Shown here: one piece after another, positions 43,522-53,944 of the stretch
Numbering within the stretch: the first letter of the stretch is position 1
Layout of the letters: each line of letters starts with the position of its first letter
Source of the DNA: Candidatus Moanibacter sp.
Lineage (GTDB): Bacteria; Verrucomicrobiota; Verrucomicrobiia; Opitutales; UBA2987
Length of the DNA: 64,000 nucleotides
NCBI GenBank assembly: GCA_965215885.1
Contig: CBDCEW010000092.1
Span: forward strand, 1-64,000
Direction: 5' to 3'
Translations under genes and position numbers: made by a program
The notes under the pieces: model-generated
What the model saw: only the letters and a program-made list of their open reading frames with translations
Told to the model about the DNA's origin: nothing
The model's database searches: none

Positions 43522-45846
43522 CTAAAAGCCGTACTGCATACCAACGTAGGCCAGGCGGGGAGAACCGGGTCGGGGCCCGTGTGGGTGACGTGAGGCAATA
43601 TATACTTCGTCGGTCAGGTTTGTGATCGAGCCAAAGATCTCGAAATTCGCGGCAACCTTATAATAGGCGCTCAGGTCGACCGTAAAATAGCTATCAGTCG
43701 TACCGAATCGGGAATCGACTCTGCCCGAGTTTGGATTGATTTCCTCCTTCGAGTTGGCGGCCGACGTGAACGTCGCGTCGACATAGGAAGCGCTGAGATA
43801 GGCGCGCACTCTCCCAAGTTCGATGCCTGCAGTCGCGTTACACTGAAACTCCGGAATATACGGTAGGCGATTTCCGTCCCGCCCTCCCGCAAAGATGGAC
43901 TCTTCATCTTCGGAATTAGAGTCTCCCATGAGCTTTGCGTCCGTATAGGTGACCGAAAACGTATAGGGATTGTTGAACTTCCAGGCATTCTTGCGGCCCG
44001 GATCAATTCCGAGCATGAATTCCACGCCGGAAGAGTCGACTCTCCCAACATTCTCAGAATCACCCGTTCCCGATCCCCCGATGTTGTCGATCACAATTAG
44101 ATCGTCGAAACGGGTATGGAATAACACGATCTCACCGTAGATACCTTCTCGATTGTTAAAGCGAGCACCGAATTCAAAGGCATCGCTTGTTTCCTCCTGA
44201 ATGCCGTTGAGCGCGTGATTTCGCGGTGAAGGCGCTGAAAATCCCCTGTTGTAACCCGCAAAGAGTATCCAATTATCGGATTTCCTATAAGTCCCGGATA
44301 TACCCGGCGCGAAGAGATGCAAATCGCTCTCGCCGCTTCCTACGGGTTCGTTGGTGCCGTCTGTAGAATAGTCGGTGAATTCGTAGTCAATGCTCTCGAA
44401 ACGTGCCCCCGGCACCAATGTCCATGGGCCGAATGCTATCTTATCATCGATATAGGTTGAGAATGCGCGGGTTCTCTGTCGCCGATTCCCATCCGATCCG
44501 TTTTGGCTTCTGATATCGTCAACAAAGTTGCCCCGACTGTCCTGGATCATGAGATTGTGCCATTGAAACCGACGGATTTGATCCTGGTGGACTCGAACTC
44601 CGACCTCAAGCTCGTGAGAAGCAGCGCCTGTATCGAAGTTGTAGTCGAATGCGGTTTGAAATCCGGCCATGTAGTAGTCGCGATTGTTCGCGCGGACACG
44701 CAGCTTCCCCGCCCGTTCTCCCTCAAGCACTTCCAGGGCCACGCCGTCGCGAGCCCCGGCCAGAGCGCGTGAGAGATTCTCCACCACCGGACTTCCTCCG
44801 GGTGCGTCTCCCTCCGGTATACCGTCTCCATCAATGTCGATATCTCGTATATCGTGGAGCTTGAACCAGTTTCGGTGAAACTTGCTGTAGTAGGCGGTTG
44901 AAGTCAGCTTCGCGCGATCGCCAAACTCAATCACGTGGCGCAAGTGGAGTCGGATGTGATTAGTATCGATCCGATCGAGGCGCGATGCCGCGTAGCGGCG
45001 ATATGGGCTGGCACGAAGATCCTCCGTAGACAGACCCAGGTAGGCCTCGTTCGCGCGCAAATTCGTGTATCCAATCTTAAATTCGAAATAGTTGTATTTG
45101 CTCGAATTCGGTTCCCATGTCGCTTTGAACATGGTGTCTGTCCGCGCAAAGCCGGTCTCTCCCGATTCTTCGAAATCTCCTGCACCGTCCACTATTTTAA
45201 AGCCGTCCGTTTGCCGTCGATACGCTTCCAGAAGGTACCCAAAACGACCCTTCTCATTTTCCAGGAATTGCCCAAATCGCCCGGTCGCGCGGACCTCGTT
45301 GTGGCTCCCATAGGCAAAACGAATAGCCCCTTTTCTCGTTTCTTTCGGAATCGGCGTGGAAAGATAGTTGATTGCCCCGCCCGTTGTATGCGGGCCATAC
45401 CGGATTTGGCTCGAACCCTTCAGCACTTCCACGCCTGACATTCTTCCGGCCGATGGAATGTAATAGGCCGAAGGTGCCGAATAAGTGGCCGGCGATGTCA
45501 AGACACCGTCTTCCATTACGGTTAGTTTCCCGCTTCGAGTGGTATCGACTCCCCGAAGACTGATGTTCGGGAAGAGGCCGTAACCATCCTCCTCTCGTAT
45601 ATATACTCCAGGGGCAGGGCGAAGGATTCGATTGATGTCATCCAGTTGCAGCGCATTGATCAGCTCTTCACCAATATAGATTCCCGAACCCGCTACAGTG
45701 AATATGTTCTCCCCGGAACCGATTACTTCGAAATCCTCCAGGGCCTTTATGTGCTTATCATCTGTGCCACTGCTTTCCGCATGGGCCGATAACGTCATTT
45801 GAAACCCTACCAGGATGTGGATGAGGAGCGCCCTTTTCCGCTTCAT
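43522..45846 (-). CDS. TonB-dependent receptor (FecA-like)
   Basis: PGVYIREEDGYGLFPNISLRG, EVLKGSSQIRYGP, NLTDEVY and a terminal Phe. Confidence 0.94.
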   Translation of the reverse strand: MKRKRALLIHILVGFQMTLSAHAESSGTDDKHIKALEDFEVIGSGENIFTVAGSGIYIGEELINALQLDDINRILRPAPGVYIREEDGYGLFPNISLRGVDTTRSGKLTVMEDGVLTSPATYSAPSAYYIPSAGRMSGVEVLKGSSQIRYGPHTTGGAINYLSTPIPKETRKGAIRFAYGSHNEVRATGRFGQFLENEKGRFGYLLEAYRRQTDGFKIVDGAGDFEESGETGFARTDTMFKATWEPNSSKYNYFEFKIGYTNLRANEAYLGLSTEDLRASPYRRYAASRLDRIDTNHIRLHLRHVIEFGDRAKLTSTAYYSKFHRNWFKLHDIRDIDIDGDGIPEGDAPGGSPVVENLSRALAGARDGVALEVLEGERAGKLRVRANNRDYYMAGFQTAFDYNFDTGAASHELEVGVRVHQDQIRRFQWHNLMIQDSRGNFVDDIRSQNGSDGNRRQRTRAFSTYIDDKIAFGPWTLVPGARFESIDYEFTDYSTDGTNEPVGSGESDLHLFAPGISGTYRKSDNWILFAGYNRGFSAPSPRNHALNGIQEETSDAFEFGARFNNREGIYGEIVLFHTRFDDLIVIDNIGGSGTGDSENVGRVDSSGVEFMLGIDPGRKNAWKFNNPYTFSVTYTDAKLMGDSNSEDEESIFAGGRDGNRLPYIPEFQCNATAGIELGRVRAYLSASYVDATFTSAANSKEEINPNSGRVDSRFGTTDSYFTVDLSAYYKVAANFEIFGSITNLTDEVYIASRHPHGPRPGSPRLAYVGMQYGF

Positions 45847-45872
45847 TTCTGTCTTCTGATTCGGCTTCAGGA

Positions 45873-45913
45873 TAATTAGAATAATTCTAATTATTGAGAC
45901 TGAGTCTCAATAA
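45873..45913. promoter_or_regulatory. Two overlapping perfect palindromes, Fur-family operator-like
   Basis: TAATTAGAAT-A-ATTCTAATTA (45873-45893) and TTATTGAGACT-G-AGTCTCAATAA (45891-45913), 27-67 bp upstream of the receptor ATG. Confidence 0.8.
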
Positions 45914-46096
45914 CAATAATGCAAAAGTTGAGGATGTGGACAAAGTCAAATAAAATCCTCAAAAACTATAAGAATAGGGTCATTGCGAGGAAGTATGACG
46001 AAGCAATCCAGGCATTTGGCCCTTCGAAATTCTGGATTGCCACGGTCTGCCGTGTAGCAGACCTCGTCCCGCTCGGCGGGAACAGGTTCCTTTCCG

Positions 46097-46136
46097 GCTA
46101 GTAATCTCTCGGACCGAAGTCCGAGAGATTACTAGC
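46097..46136 (-). terminator. 18-bp perfect hairpin with a cUUCGg loop at the phnE stop
   Basis: GCTAGTAATCTCTCGGAC-CGAA-GTCCGAGAGATTACTAGC; no U-tract, so it may instead be a stabilising stem. Confidence 0.5.
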
Positions 46137-46977
46137 GGGAAAGGGGCTGGTGGCTCATTTTTTTGGAGATACTGCGGCGGATGCGCTCGCCGAGGAGGTC
46201 GAGGAGGGTTACGACTAGAAGAATGCAGAGGAGGACGGTAGCGAACTTATCCCACTGACCAAACTCCTGATAAATCTGCAGGTGCAGTCCGATACCGCCG
46301 GCGCCCACATAGCCGATGATAGAGGCGGCGCGAATGTTGTATTCGAGCATCCAGAGTGAGTGACTCCAGATGAGTGGTTTAGCCTGTGGCCACAATCCGT
46401 ATTGAAAGGCCTGAAAGGGGTTAGCCCCGATGGTGCGGAGTGATTTAGCCACTTCGACATCGACGGATTCAAAGGATTCGCTGAAGAATTTCCCCAGGTA
46501 GCCCACGCTGTAAAAGGTCAGGCCAATGACTCCGGCGAGGTTATTGGCCCCGACAATGGCGACGGCAATAAGCGCCCAAACAAGGCTGGGAAGGGTCCTG
46601 ACCATGTTGAGGATCATGCGGATAGAGGCGACTAACCATCGGGGAGCAATGTTCTGGGCGGCGCCGAGGGAGAGAAAGAAGGAGATCAGTATAGCAAAGA
46701 ATGTGGCGTGGAGTGCGATTTTGGCAGTATCCAGAAGTGAGGCGAGGGTCTGGCCGAGGACCGAAAAATCGGGAGGGAAGAAATATCGGGCAAAGCGTAG
46801 GAAATTCCCCAGATAGTCCAGATCACGTCCCGAGCCCTTGAGGATGCCGGCTGATGAGATGACGGCGATAAGAAAGATAAAGAAAGTCACATTCAAAAGG
46901 TTGAGCCTTTCGTGCCATCTTAGTTCCGGGAAAGGAGGAGGGGATGGCGGTTCGCTCGACTGGGATGGCTCCTTCAT
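46132..46977 (-). CDS. phnE: Phosphonate/phosphite-type ABC permease
   Basis: RTLPSLVWAL, GKFFSESFE, EYNIRAASIIGYVGAGGIG. Confidence 0.88.
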   Translation of the reverse strand: MKEPSQSSEPPSPPPFPELRWHERLNLLNVTFFIFLIAVISSAGILKGSGRDLDYLGNFLRFARYFFPPDFSVLGQTLASLLDTAKIALHATFFAILISFFLSLGAAQNIAPRWLVASIRMILNMVRTLPSLVWALIAVAIVGANNLAGVIGLTFYSVGYLGKFFSESFESVDVEVAKSLRTIGANPFQAFQYGLWPQAKPLIWSHSLWMLEYNIRAASIIGYVGAGGIGLHLQIYQEFGQWDKFATVLLCILLVVTLLDLLGERIRRSISKKMSHQPLSR

Positions 46978-47708
46978 GAATGATGCGCGTCTCTGAGGTG
47001 CCATTGATCGGGATGCTCGCGATTAAAGGATAAGACGCGATCGGCAAACCGTTGAATGAGGCTGGCATCGTGAATGACACAGAACACCGTCTTAGCTTTT
47101 TCCACCGTTTCCGCTTTCAGCAAACCGAGAACACGTCCCGTGAGATAAGCGTCGAGTTGTGAAACCGGTTCGTCGGCGAAGTAGATACACGGGTCCTGAA
47201 GAATGGCGCGGGCCGTGCCCACGCGCTGTTTCTCTCCCCCTGAAATTTCAGCGACCCAGCGGTGGACATACTCTGAAATTCCGAGGTCGAATAGAATCGA
47301 AAAAGCTTCCTTCCGGCAGCTACGGGGAAAGCCGAAAAGTGTCCGAAAAGTGGAGTAACGGCTTAGCCGGCCACAGAGCACGTTGTTCAGGACAGTGGAG
47401 TTTTCGCTGAGGTTCAAGTTTTGAAAAATAAACCCGAGATGGCGGCGGAATTCATCGGGTGACCGTCTGTCGTCCTTGCCGAATTCGTAGTGGAATTCAC
47501 CTTCGGTTGGTCTTAACACTCCGGCGAGGCAGTTAAGAAAGCTGGTCTTTCCGGCGCCGGAAGGACCGACCACCGCGATAAAGCTTCCCTGATTTACGGT
47601 CAAATTCAGATCTCGAAAGAGCCACTTGCCGCCCCTTCGAAGACTGAGATGGTTGACTTGCAGGGTTGGGGTGGGGAAGTGACCGCTCTCTTTAGACTCG
47701 TTTGTCAT
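46974..47708 (-). CDS. phnC: Phosphonate/phosphite-type ABC ATPase
   Basis: GPSGAGKT, NVLCGRL, ISGGEKQRV, ADEPVSQLD. Confidence 0.88.
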   Translation of the reverse strand: MTNESKESGHFPTPTLQVNHLSLRRGGKWLFRDLNLTVNQGSFIAVVGPSGAGKTSFLNCLAGVLRPTEGEFHYEFGKDDRRSPDEFRRHLGFIFQNLNLSENSTVLNNVLCGRLSRYSTFRTLFGFPRSCRKEAFSILFDLGISEYVHRWVAEISGGEKQRVGTARAILQDPCIYFADEPVSQLDAYLTGRVLGLLKAETVEKAKTVFCVIHDASLIQRFADRVLSFNREHPDQWHLRDAHHS

Positions 47709-48587
47709 GCAGTAAAGCGATGGGACAACCAATTTGAAAGAAAGAGTGGAACCGCAGATGAACGCCAATGGACGCGAATGTAGAAGGGAGCCCCGCGGAT
47801 TGATTTAGCTTCTAATCCCGTCGGTCCGGGATTGGATGTTGGACGTTGAATTACGCAATACTTTGAACATCAGCCTCTTCTACTACAGAACTTGCTCAAA
47901 AAATTAGAAATTGAATGATCGTAGCACGGATGGCCTAGCGCAGCGTAGCCACAACCAAAAGAGAAGAAGAGAACCGCAGATGAACGCGAATGGACGCGAA
48001 TGAAAAAGAATTTACCACAGATTCGAGAAAACCGCTGATTGATTTAGCTTCCAACTCCAAATTAGGTTGCAATCCGTTGGGTCCCGCTGAGCGGGATTGG
48101 ATGTTGGAATACGCAATACATTGAGTATCAGCCTCTTCTACGCAAAAACTTGCTCGAAACACAGGATTTTGACGGATTGTAAAACGGATAGAGAGAGGAC
48201 ATATGAATCCAATATTGGCTTTTTCGGCGCACTTTTGGACCGCTTGTCTGGAAATGGTGCGGTTGGAGAATCCAATAAGCTCGGCTTCTTTGCCAAGGGA
48301 CAATCAGCAAAGCCAAAACAAAGTTCTTTGCGCGATTTCCTCTCTCTTCTGTTTAGCGAGGGCTGTGAGGTTCAACTTACTGACGGATACAATCAGCTTT
48401 TTTATACTTTTGCTATCAATTCTCTGCCACATTGGTCATTCGCTTGGAGCATCATAGGCGGACTTTGTCTTCGGATTGCTGATCCGTTGCTATCAATTCT
48501 CTCACAGTCCCCATTCGTTGCCCTTCATTCATTCGTTGCTGACCCATTCCTTTGGCTGTGGCTTTGCTGCGCTAGGAGAAATTCGGA

Positions 48588-49499
48588 CTAAAGTCTCATC
48601 CTGGCAACAATCTCCAGCGCCTCCTGGGTCACTTCCAGGTGTTTAACCGGATCTACTTCGATGAGCGTGGAATTGAATACTTTGTCGCGCAGCCGTGGAT
48701 TCTCTTCGTTCAGTTCGAGTAGCGCACTCTTGATCGTCATCCGGTCGGAGATGCTGAGAGTACGCCTGACCGAAATCGTGTGACTTGGCACGGGTCCCTG
48801 TTGGGCAATCATTTTCAGTTTCGATCGCTGCCTTTCGGTCAGATGCCGGTCTTCATCGAGCACATAGTAGCTCAGGGCCGCTGCGTCAGCTTCACCCCGG
48901 AGAACCTTTTGGGCTGCTGATACATAACCCACGCCGTAGTAGACATTTCCTTCGCCGAAGAAGCCTTCAGGTCCACTACCCATGCTGATCAGCTCTTTTT
49001 TGAACAGATCCCAAATTGGAATCAGAAATCCGGATGTGCTCGTGCGGCTGGAAAAGGCGATCGGTTTCCCTCTCAAATCCTCGATTCCCTGGTAGGGCTT
49101 CTCCTTAAGGGCGATCCAGTAGCTCATGTAGTGCGGCTTACCGTTGATTTCGCCCACCAGCAGGATGTCCGCTACCTCCTCGTTGATGGCCTGCGCGGCG
49201 CCGGTGGAACTGAGATAACCGAAATCGATCGTACCATTCCCGAAGCCGGCCGTAATGACTGCCGAGCTGAGCGGCACGATCACCTCTACCGGGCATGCCA
49301 GCTTTCTCGCAAGGTATTCCTCCAGCGCCGATTTCTCCTCCAGCATGCGGTCTGGAGCCTTGTCCGGCTTTAGAGCAACTGTGACCCGCTCGAGCGAAAT
49401 TTGCGACGCACACGCAACTGAACCCGACAACATCAATCCCACGAAAGCCGGGATGACACTGGCCACTCGAGCAACTTTGGAATAATGAGTCCTTGGCAT
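48588..49499 (-). CDS. phnD: Phosphate/phosphite/phosphonate ABC substrate-binding protein
   Basis: DLRGKPIAFSSRTSTSGFLIP and GEADAA motifs; signal peptide. Confidence 0.85.
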   Translation of the reverse strand: MPRTHYSKVARVASVIPAFVGLMLSGSVACASQISLERVTVALKPDKAPDRMLEEKSALEEYLARKLACPVEVIVPLSSAVITAGFGNGTIDFGYLSSTGAAQAINEEVADILLVGEINGKPHYMSYWIALKEKPYQGIEDLRGKPIAFSSRTSTSGFLIPIWDLFKKELISMGSGPEGFFGEGNVYYGVGYVSAAQKVLRGEADAAALSYYVLDEDRHLTERQRSKLKMIAQQGPVPSHTISVRRTLSISDRMTIKSALLELNEENPRLRDKVFNSTLIEVDPVKHLEVTQEALEIVARMRL

Positions 49500-50062
49500 T
49501 TCTTATCCGACGGGAGGCGAGATCTTTTTGAGATTAGGTCTCAAATGCAAGAAGGAATTCCCAATACGATTTTGAACAGAAGGAAACAGAGGGAACCGGA
49601 GAGGAATAAGAGAGGAAGAGAACCGCGAATTAACGCAAATGAACGCGAATGAAGAAGAATTGACCACGGATTCGAGCCGTCTTCGCTGCACTGCGCCGAG
49701 CCAGGGAACGCCGCGGATTGATTCAAACTCCAATTCTCCCGGCTCGCCGGGACGGGGAAAGGAGGACCCCCTCCCCCTTACCGATCTTCCCGCTCTTCCT
49801 GTGAAAATACGATCACGAATTGTGTTGTCCGCGGTTGTGGTTACAGGGAGACCCCCGGCAAGCCGGGACGTAATCGCGGGAAGGACGGAGAGATGAAAAT
49901 GAGGTGTTTTTTTGTTCCGACCGCAATACTTTGAATATCAGCCTCGCAGAGCTAAGCCTTTACCATTGACTCCCGAATGATACCCTTTTTTGTATTCGAA
50001 GCTAGAGAGCCCTCCCTTTTAAGTTCACTCTTTTTTCGCACGCAGTGCGAAAAAAGTGCTAC

Positions 50063-50137
50063 GCTCCCGTAGTTCAACGGATAGAATGTCGGTCTCCGGA
50101 ACCGAAGATCTGGGTTCGAGTCCCAGCGGGAGTACCA
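50063..50137 (+). tRNA. tRNA-Arg(CCG)
   Basis: GCTCCCG/CGGGAGT acceptor stem, TCGGT-CTCCGGA-ACCGA anticodon arm, GGTTCGAGTCC and CCA. Confidence 0.96.
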
Positions 50138-50830
50138 TAATGGAAGTTGTTTATCATTAAATACTTATAAGAATACAAAGCTATTCTTAGACCGATAGTT
50201 TACCGTTTGTGATTCGACAGATTTCGCACACTTTCGGCACTTTTCGAACACCTTTCTGTCACAATACTGTCACACGGTTTTTCGGGGCTGGCTCGATTTC
50301 TAGGTTACCTCGTAGCCGCGCTGCGGTAGCAGGGTGGTGTGATGCGGGTTCGGTTCCTGATTTTTCCGGGTCGGGGTCGATATAGAATCAAGGTTGCTTC
50401 CTTTGCTTCCGTTCATCAGTTCCGTTGTTGTGACACGGATCGAACTTCGGGATGAGTTCTTTTACTTACGTCCTGTTGATCTTAGACCAGCCTAAATGGT
50501 TTCTGTAGGTTGAAGGCAATTGAGGAAGGGGGGAGGGGGGGCGCCAATACACGGAGGGGAGTGCCAACTACACTGGTTGGGCCGCTCAAAAAAATTCTAC
50601 AAAAAGAGGCGTTTCGTAGCACTCCTGCAACGTAGATACTCATCGGAAAATGGCTGTTTACCGCAATGTCTCATTGATTCCTTTCCTGAACCTGCAGGAA
50701 TCGGTTGAGGAGATGATCGACGGCGTCGTTTCAGGTAAAAGTTAGCTGAGCCCCGATCGTGCCTGAAGGGAATCCCACGACGAGTTTCGACCGTTTACAC
50801 TGAACTGGGAGAAGTACATGAGAAAACCAA

Positions 50831-51714
50831 CTACCCAAACTTGTAGCTCTCGCGACCCTTAAAAAGCTTGATGAAGTCGTCGCTGACTGAATGGTCACCC
50901 GAATCGGCCGCGTATACGATAAGTCGCTCCCTCAGGTTTTGGGCCTCCTCCTCCGGCATTAGTAGGGCGAGCAGAAGGTAGACTCCTTTGAAGCGAGGGT
51001 CGTCAACGTAGTCAAGGAGGCGTTCGTTCTCTTTTCCTAGAAACGTCTGTACGATGAAGTAATCCATGATCTTGTCGTGCCGAAAGGTGTATATGTCCTT
51101 CGCATTCCTTTCCTTCGTCTGTCTCTGTCTGTGTAAGACCAATTTGTGCTCGAGCAAGCATTTGAGCTCGTCTTCAAAGTCGTCTGAAGGAATTTCGGAT
51201 TCGTCATTTATTCTCATATCAAATACGGCTTCGGAGAATGCCACTAAAGGAAACTCCCTGTTTCCGGTCTCCTGCTTGAAGTCCTTCGCCATCAATCTGT
51301 ATTGGTGATCTTGCAGGCGGAACAGATTCGGTTCCTCGCCGCGGGCGATCAGCTCCGAAACGATCGTCAGGTCCATGGGATTCGAGAGCACAACCTGGAC
51401 TTCGTTCTGTGTTTCGATGATATCGAAGCAAGTATCAGGTCTGGTCAAAGCTTTGTTCAGATACGCAGTACAAGCATCTTTGTAATCCTTACCCTTCTTA
51501 TACGCGCTGTCCGGCAAGGCACTCTCCCGGCTGTGGAGAAACGCCTGGATCTGGTCTTTTTCCAGAGGAAGTAGTTCATACACACCAGCGACGCCCGGCG
51601 GATTCCATTTCAGGAGCGGCTGTGTGGTCAGGATGATGTTGCCCTTGAAATACCGGTTCAGGAAGTTCGTAATCTCGGCCCTGAGCTCCGCGGATACCTC
51701 GTTCAAGCCATCGA
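50831..51714 (-). pseudogene. C-terminal part of a NACHT/STAND-like NTPase, cut at Walker B
   Basis: IDGLNE (Walker-B-like), IILTTQP, LSNPMDL and FRHDKIMDYF; the 5' part is replaced by an IS481-like end. Confidence 0.65.
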
Positions 51715-51923
51715 TGTAAATAGGTATGAACCGGACACATAGGTAACAAAAGTTCTACGGACATAGGTAACACTTTAACCTGGGCTTTATGCCTTGGAAA
51801 GAAGTGTCATCTATGGAACAGAAACATCGGTTTGTCATTCTCGCAGAGCGCGAGGAGCAATCGTTCAGTAGACTCTGCGAAGAGTTTGGTATCAGCCGCA
51901 AGAGTGGCTATAAGTGGCGTTCC
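51715..51923 (+). mobile_element. IS481-family left-end remnant
   Basis: TGT terminus, repeated ACATAGGTAACA boxes and MPWKEVS...LCEEFGISRKSGYKW HTH; truncated. Confidence 0.8.
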
Positions 51924-51944
51924 AGGGGTCAGTCCAGGGGAGAT

Positions 51945-52290
51945 GGGGTCAGATTGCGAATTGTTAGATTTTCCCCAGGGTTCGGTAGGATCCGTATATC
52001 TCCAGAACTTCGCTTGGAAAGAGACTAACCCGCATATTTCACAAGCCATCTGTTTCGACCGTGGATCTTACGGCGCCTCAAGGACTTCCCTTGCCCGCCG
52101 ACTTTCACGTGTTTCAATCCCGGCACGCCGAGACAGTCTCGCGACGAAGTGCGTGAAAAATGCGGACTAGAAGCTTGAGTTGAACCATTACAGAGGGCTG
52201 AAGCATATTGCGCGTCTGCCCGGCGGTGGGTACATTTTTTCCCAGATCGGGAGCGGGCATGGGATCAGATTGCGAATTGTTTGATTTTCT
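51945..52290 (+). repeat. GGGGTCAGATTGCGAATTGTT(A/T)GATTTT direct repeats at 51945 and 52261; third copy at 53933/55507 split by IS4
   Basis: Direct comparison; copies 1 and 3 share about 90 bp of similar sequence. Confidence 0.85.
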
Positions 52291-52519
52291 CAACTTCGGA
52301 CAGGACTTTTTTCAGCCCTTTGCGTGAAACGGGGCTGACGGTTTGCGAAGATCAGAGATCAGGGGTCGAAAAGGGGAGGTATTTGTCTTTTCGAAATCTC
52401 AAGAGGATGAAAAGGGGCTTTCTCCGGCGAGATATATTTGCAGGGCAACGATATCTTGAATCTTGCGGTGACTCTGCAAAAGATCGAGGGAGGCGGGGCG
52501 CATAAGCGACAAGAGCATA

Positions 52520-53050
52520 ATGAATCGGCTGGAGATGAAAGAGACTATAGAGGCACGGGTGCCGTTGCTTTCTGCACGTGATGGCGGAAGCTATAAGAAG
52601 GCAGAGGAACTGCGAAAGGCGTTCGTTCGGGACTATCACCGAAACCGAATTGCAAGTTTGGGTCTCGATGGCTATGTCATTGGGAAAGGTAAACAGAACC
52701 GATCCTTCTGCTACCGTATTGAGCGCGAGATGGACAGCCTTGGCCGGATACTTGGTGCGACGGCTCTCAAGTTCGGCGTTTACTATGGGCGGACAAAGAG
52801 GGAAGCGAGTGAGAAGTATCGATTTGCGAAACACTGGGGTATCAGCAAAGACGAGGCGTTTAATGCGGTGCGAGGAGCAATCGTGGATCTTCTGGATGCT
52901 GCCGAAGCCGACGACACCATCCCGGCTGCCAGGTTGACCATAGACATTTGGCGGTGCCACTTGCAGATCGGGCGTTTCGGGAGTCAGAATCTCGGGTTCG
53001 GATTATCGAAATCTACGATTGACCAGCTTAACGCCTTGGGGCATTGTTGA
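52520..53050 (+). pseudogene. Probable N-terminal fragment of a restriction-associated protein
   Basis: YVIGKG..SFCYRIE...LGRILGATALKFGVYY resembles N-terminal domains of McrB/nuclease-type proteins (recalled, not searched); the sequence appears to lose coherence after ~aa 132. Confidence 0.45.
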
Positions 53051-53056
53051 GGCTGG

Positions 53057-53272
53057 ATGAGCAAGAAATCTCAGACCTCCTATGTCCCTCTCGAGTGGAA
53101 ATCCATGAGAAACGGTGAGAAGCCAAAGACAGACGGAGAGTTGCGGCGTTACATTGCCGACATGAGGCGGTTTTCGAAAAGAACCGCTTCGTCAAAAGAG
53201 GAGTCGCTTCGTTTCTTGGTCAAAGCTGGGATCGCGACTCCGAAGGGGAATCTCAAGCAAGTCTACCGATAA
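53057..53272 (+). CDS. Small basic protein, candidate antitoxin/partner
   Basis: 71 aa, ends FLVKAGIATPKGNLKQVYR, 7 bp before the next ORF. Confidence 0.55.
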   Translation: MSKKSQTSYVPLEWKSMRNGEKPKTDGELRRYIADMRRFSKRTASSKEESLRFLVKAGIATPKGNLKQVYR

Positions 53273-53279
53273 CCCGGCC

Positions 53280-53897
53280 GTGTACTCCTCGCTCCCGACA
53301 TTTGTCCTGGGTTTCCACGGGTGTGACAGGTCGGTTGCTGAGAAAATCGTGGCTGGGAACCAGCGACTCAAGGCTAGCAGGAACGAGTACGATTGGTTAG
53401 GACACGGCTCCTATTTTTGGGAGAACAATCCAGCACGCGCTCTGGAATTCGCCGCGATTCTTCGGGACACCGCAAAACGAAGTAGGCCGAAAGTTACGGA
53501 ACCATTCGTCATCGGAGCGATCATTGATTTAGGTCACTGCTTCAATCTTCTCGACACAGGCTGCCTCGCGATTCTGGCCCAAAGCTATGAAGATTATCGC
53601 AAGGTAAGCGAGGCGGCGGGTGTTCCTCTACCGCAGAACAAGCCCCTGGGTAGTGGAACGGACGTATTATTGCGATATCTTGACTGTGCTGTCATTGAAT
53701 TCATGTATCAGTACCATGAGACGCGAGGACAGAGGCCGTATGACAGTGCACGAGGCCTCTTCCCTGAAGGAGATCCCGTGTTTCCCGGAGCAACGATAAG
53801 GGACAAGGACCATATACAAATCTGTGTTCGCAATCCGAACTGCATAAAGGGGTACTTCCGCATTCTGGAGCCGGTTCCAGGATATCCTATTCCCTGA
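53280..53897 (+). CDS. Hypothetical protein with ADP-ribosyltransferase-like motifs
   Basis: GFHGC, WLGHGSYFWE and HIQICVRN parallel the H-G-x / G-x-Y-F / terminal-strand layout of ART folds. Confidence 0.6.
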   Translation: MYSSLPTFVLGFHGCDRSVAEKIVAGNQRLKASRNEYDWLGHGSYFWENNPARALEFAAILRDTAKRSRPKVTEPFVIGAIIDLGHCFNLLDTGCLAILAQSYEDYRKVSEAAGVPLPQNKPLGSGTDVLLRYLDCAVIEFMYQYHETRGQRPYDSARGLFPEGDPVFPGATIRDKDHIQICVRNPNCIKGYFRILEPVPGYPIP

Positions 53898-53944
53898 AGT
53901 TGAGATTGAGCTTTCCCTCTTAAAGGGGGTATGGGGTCAGACTG

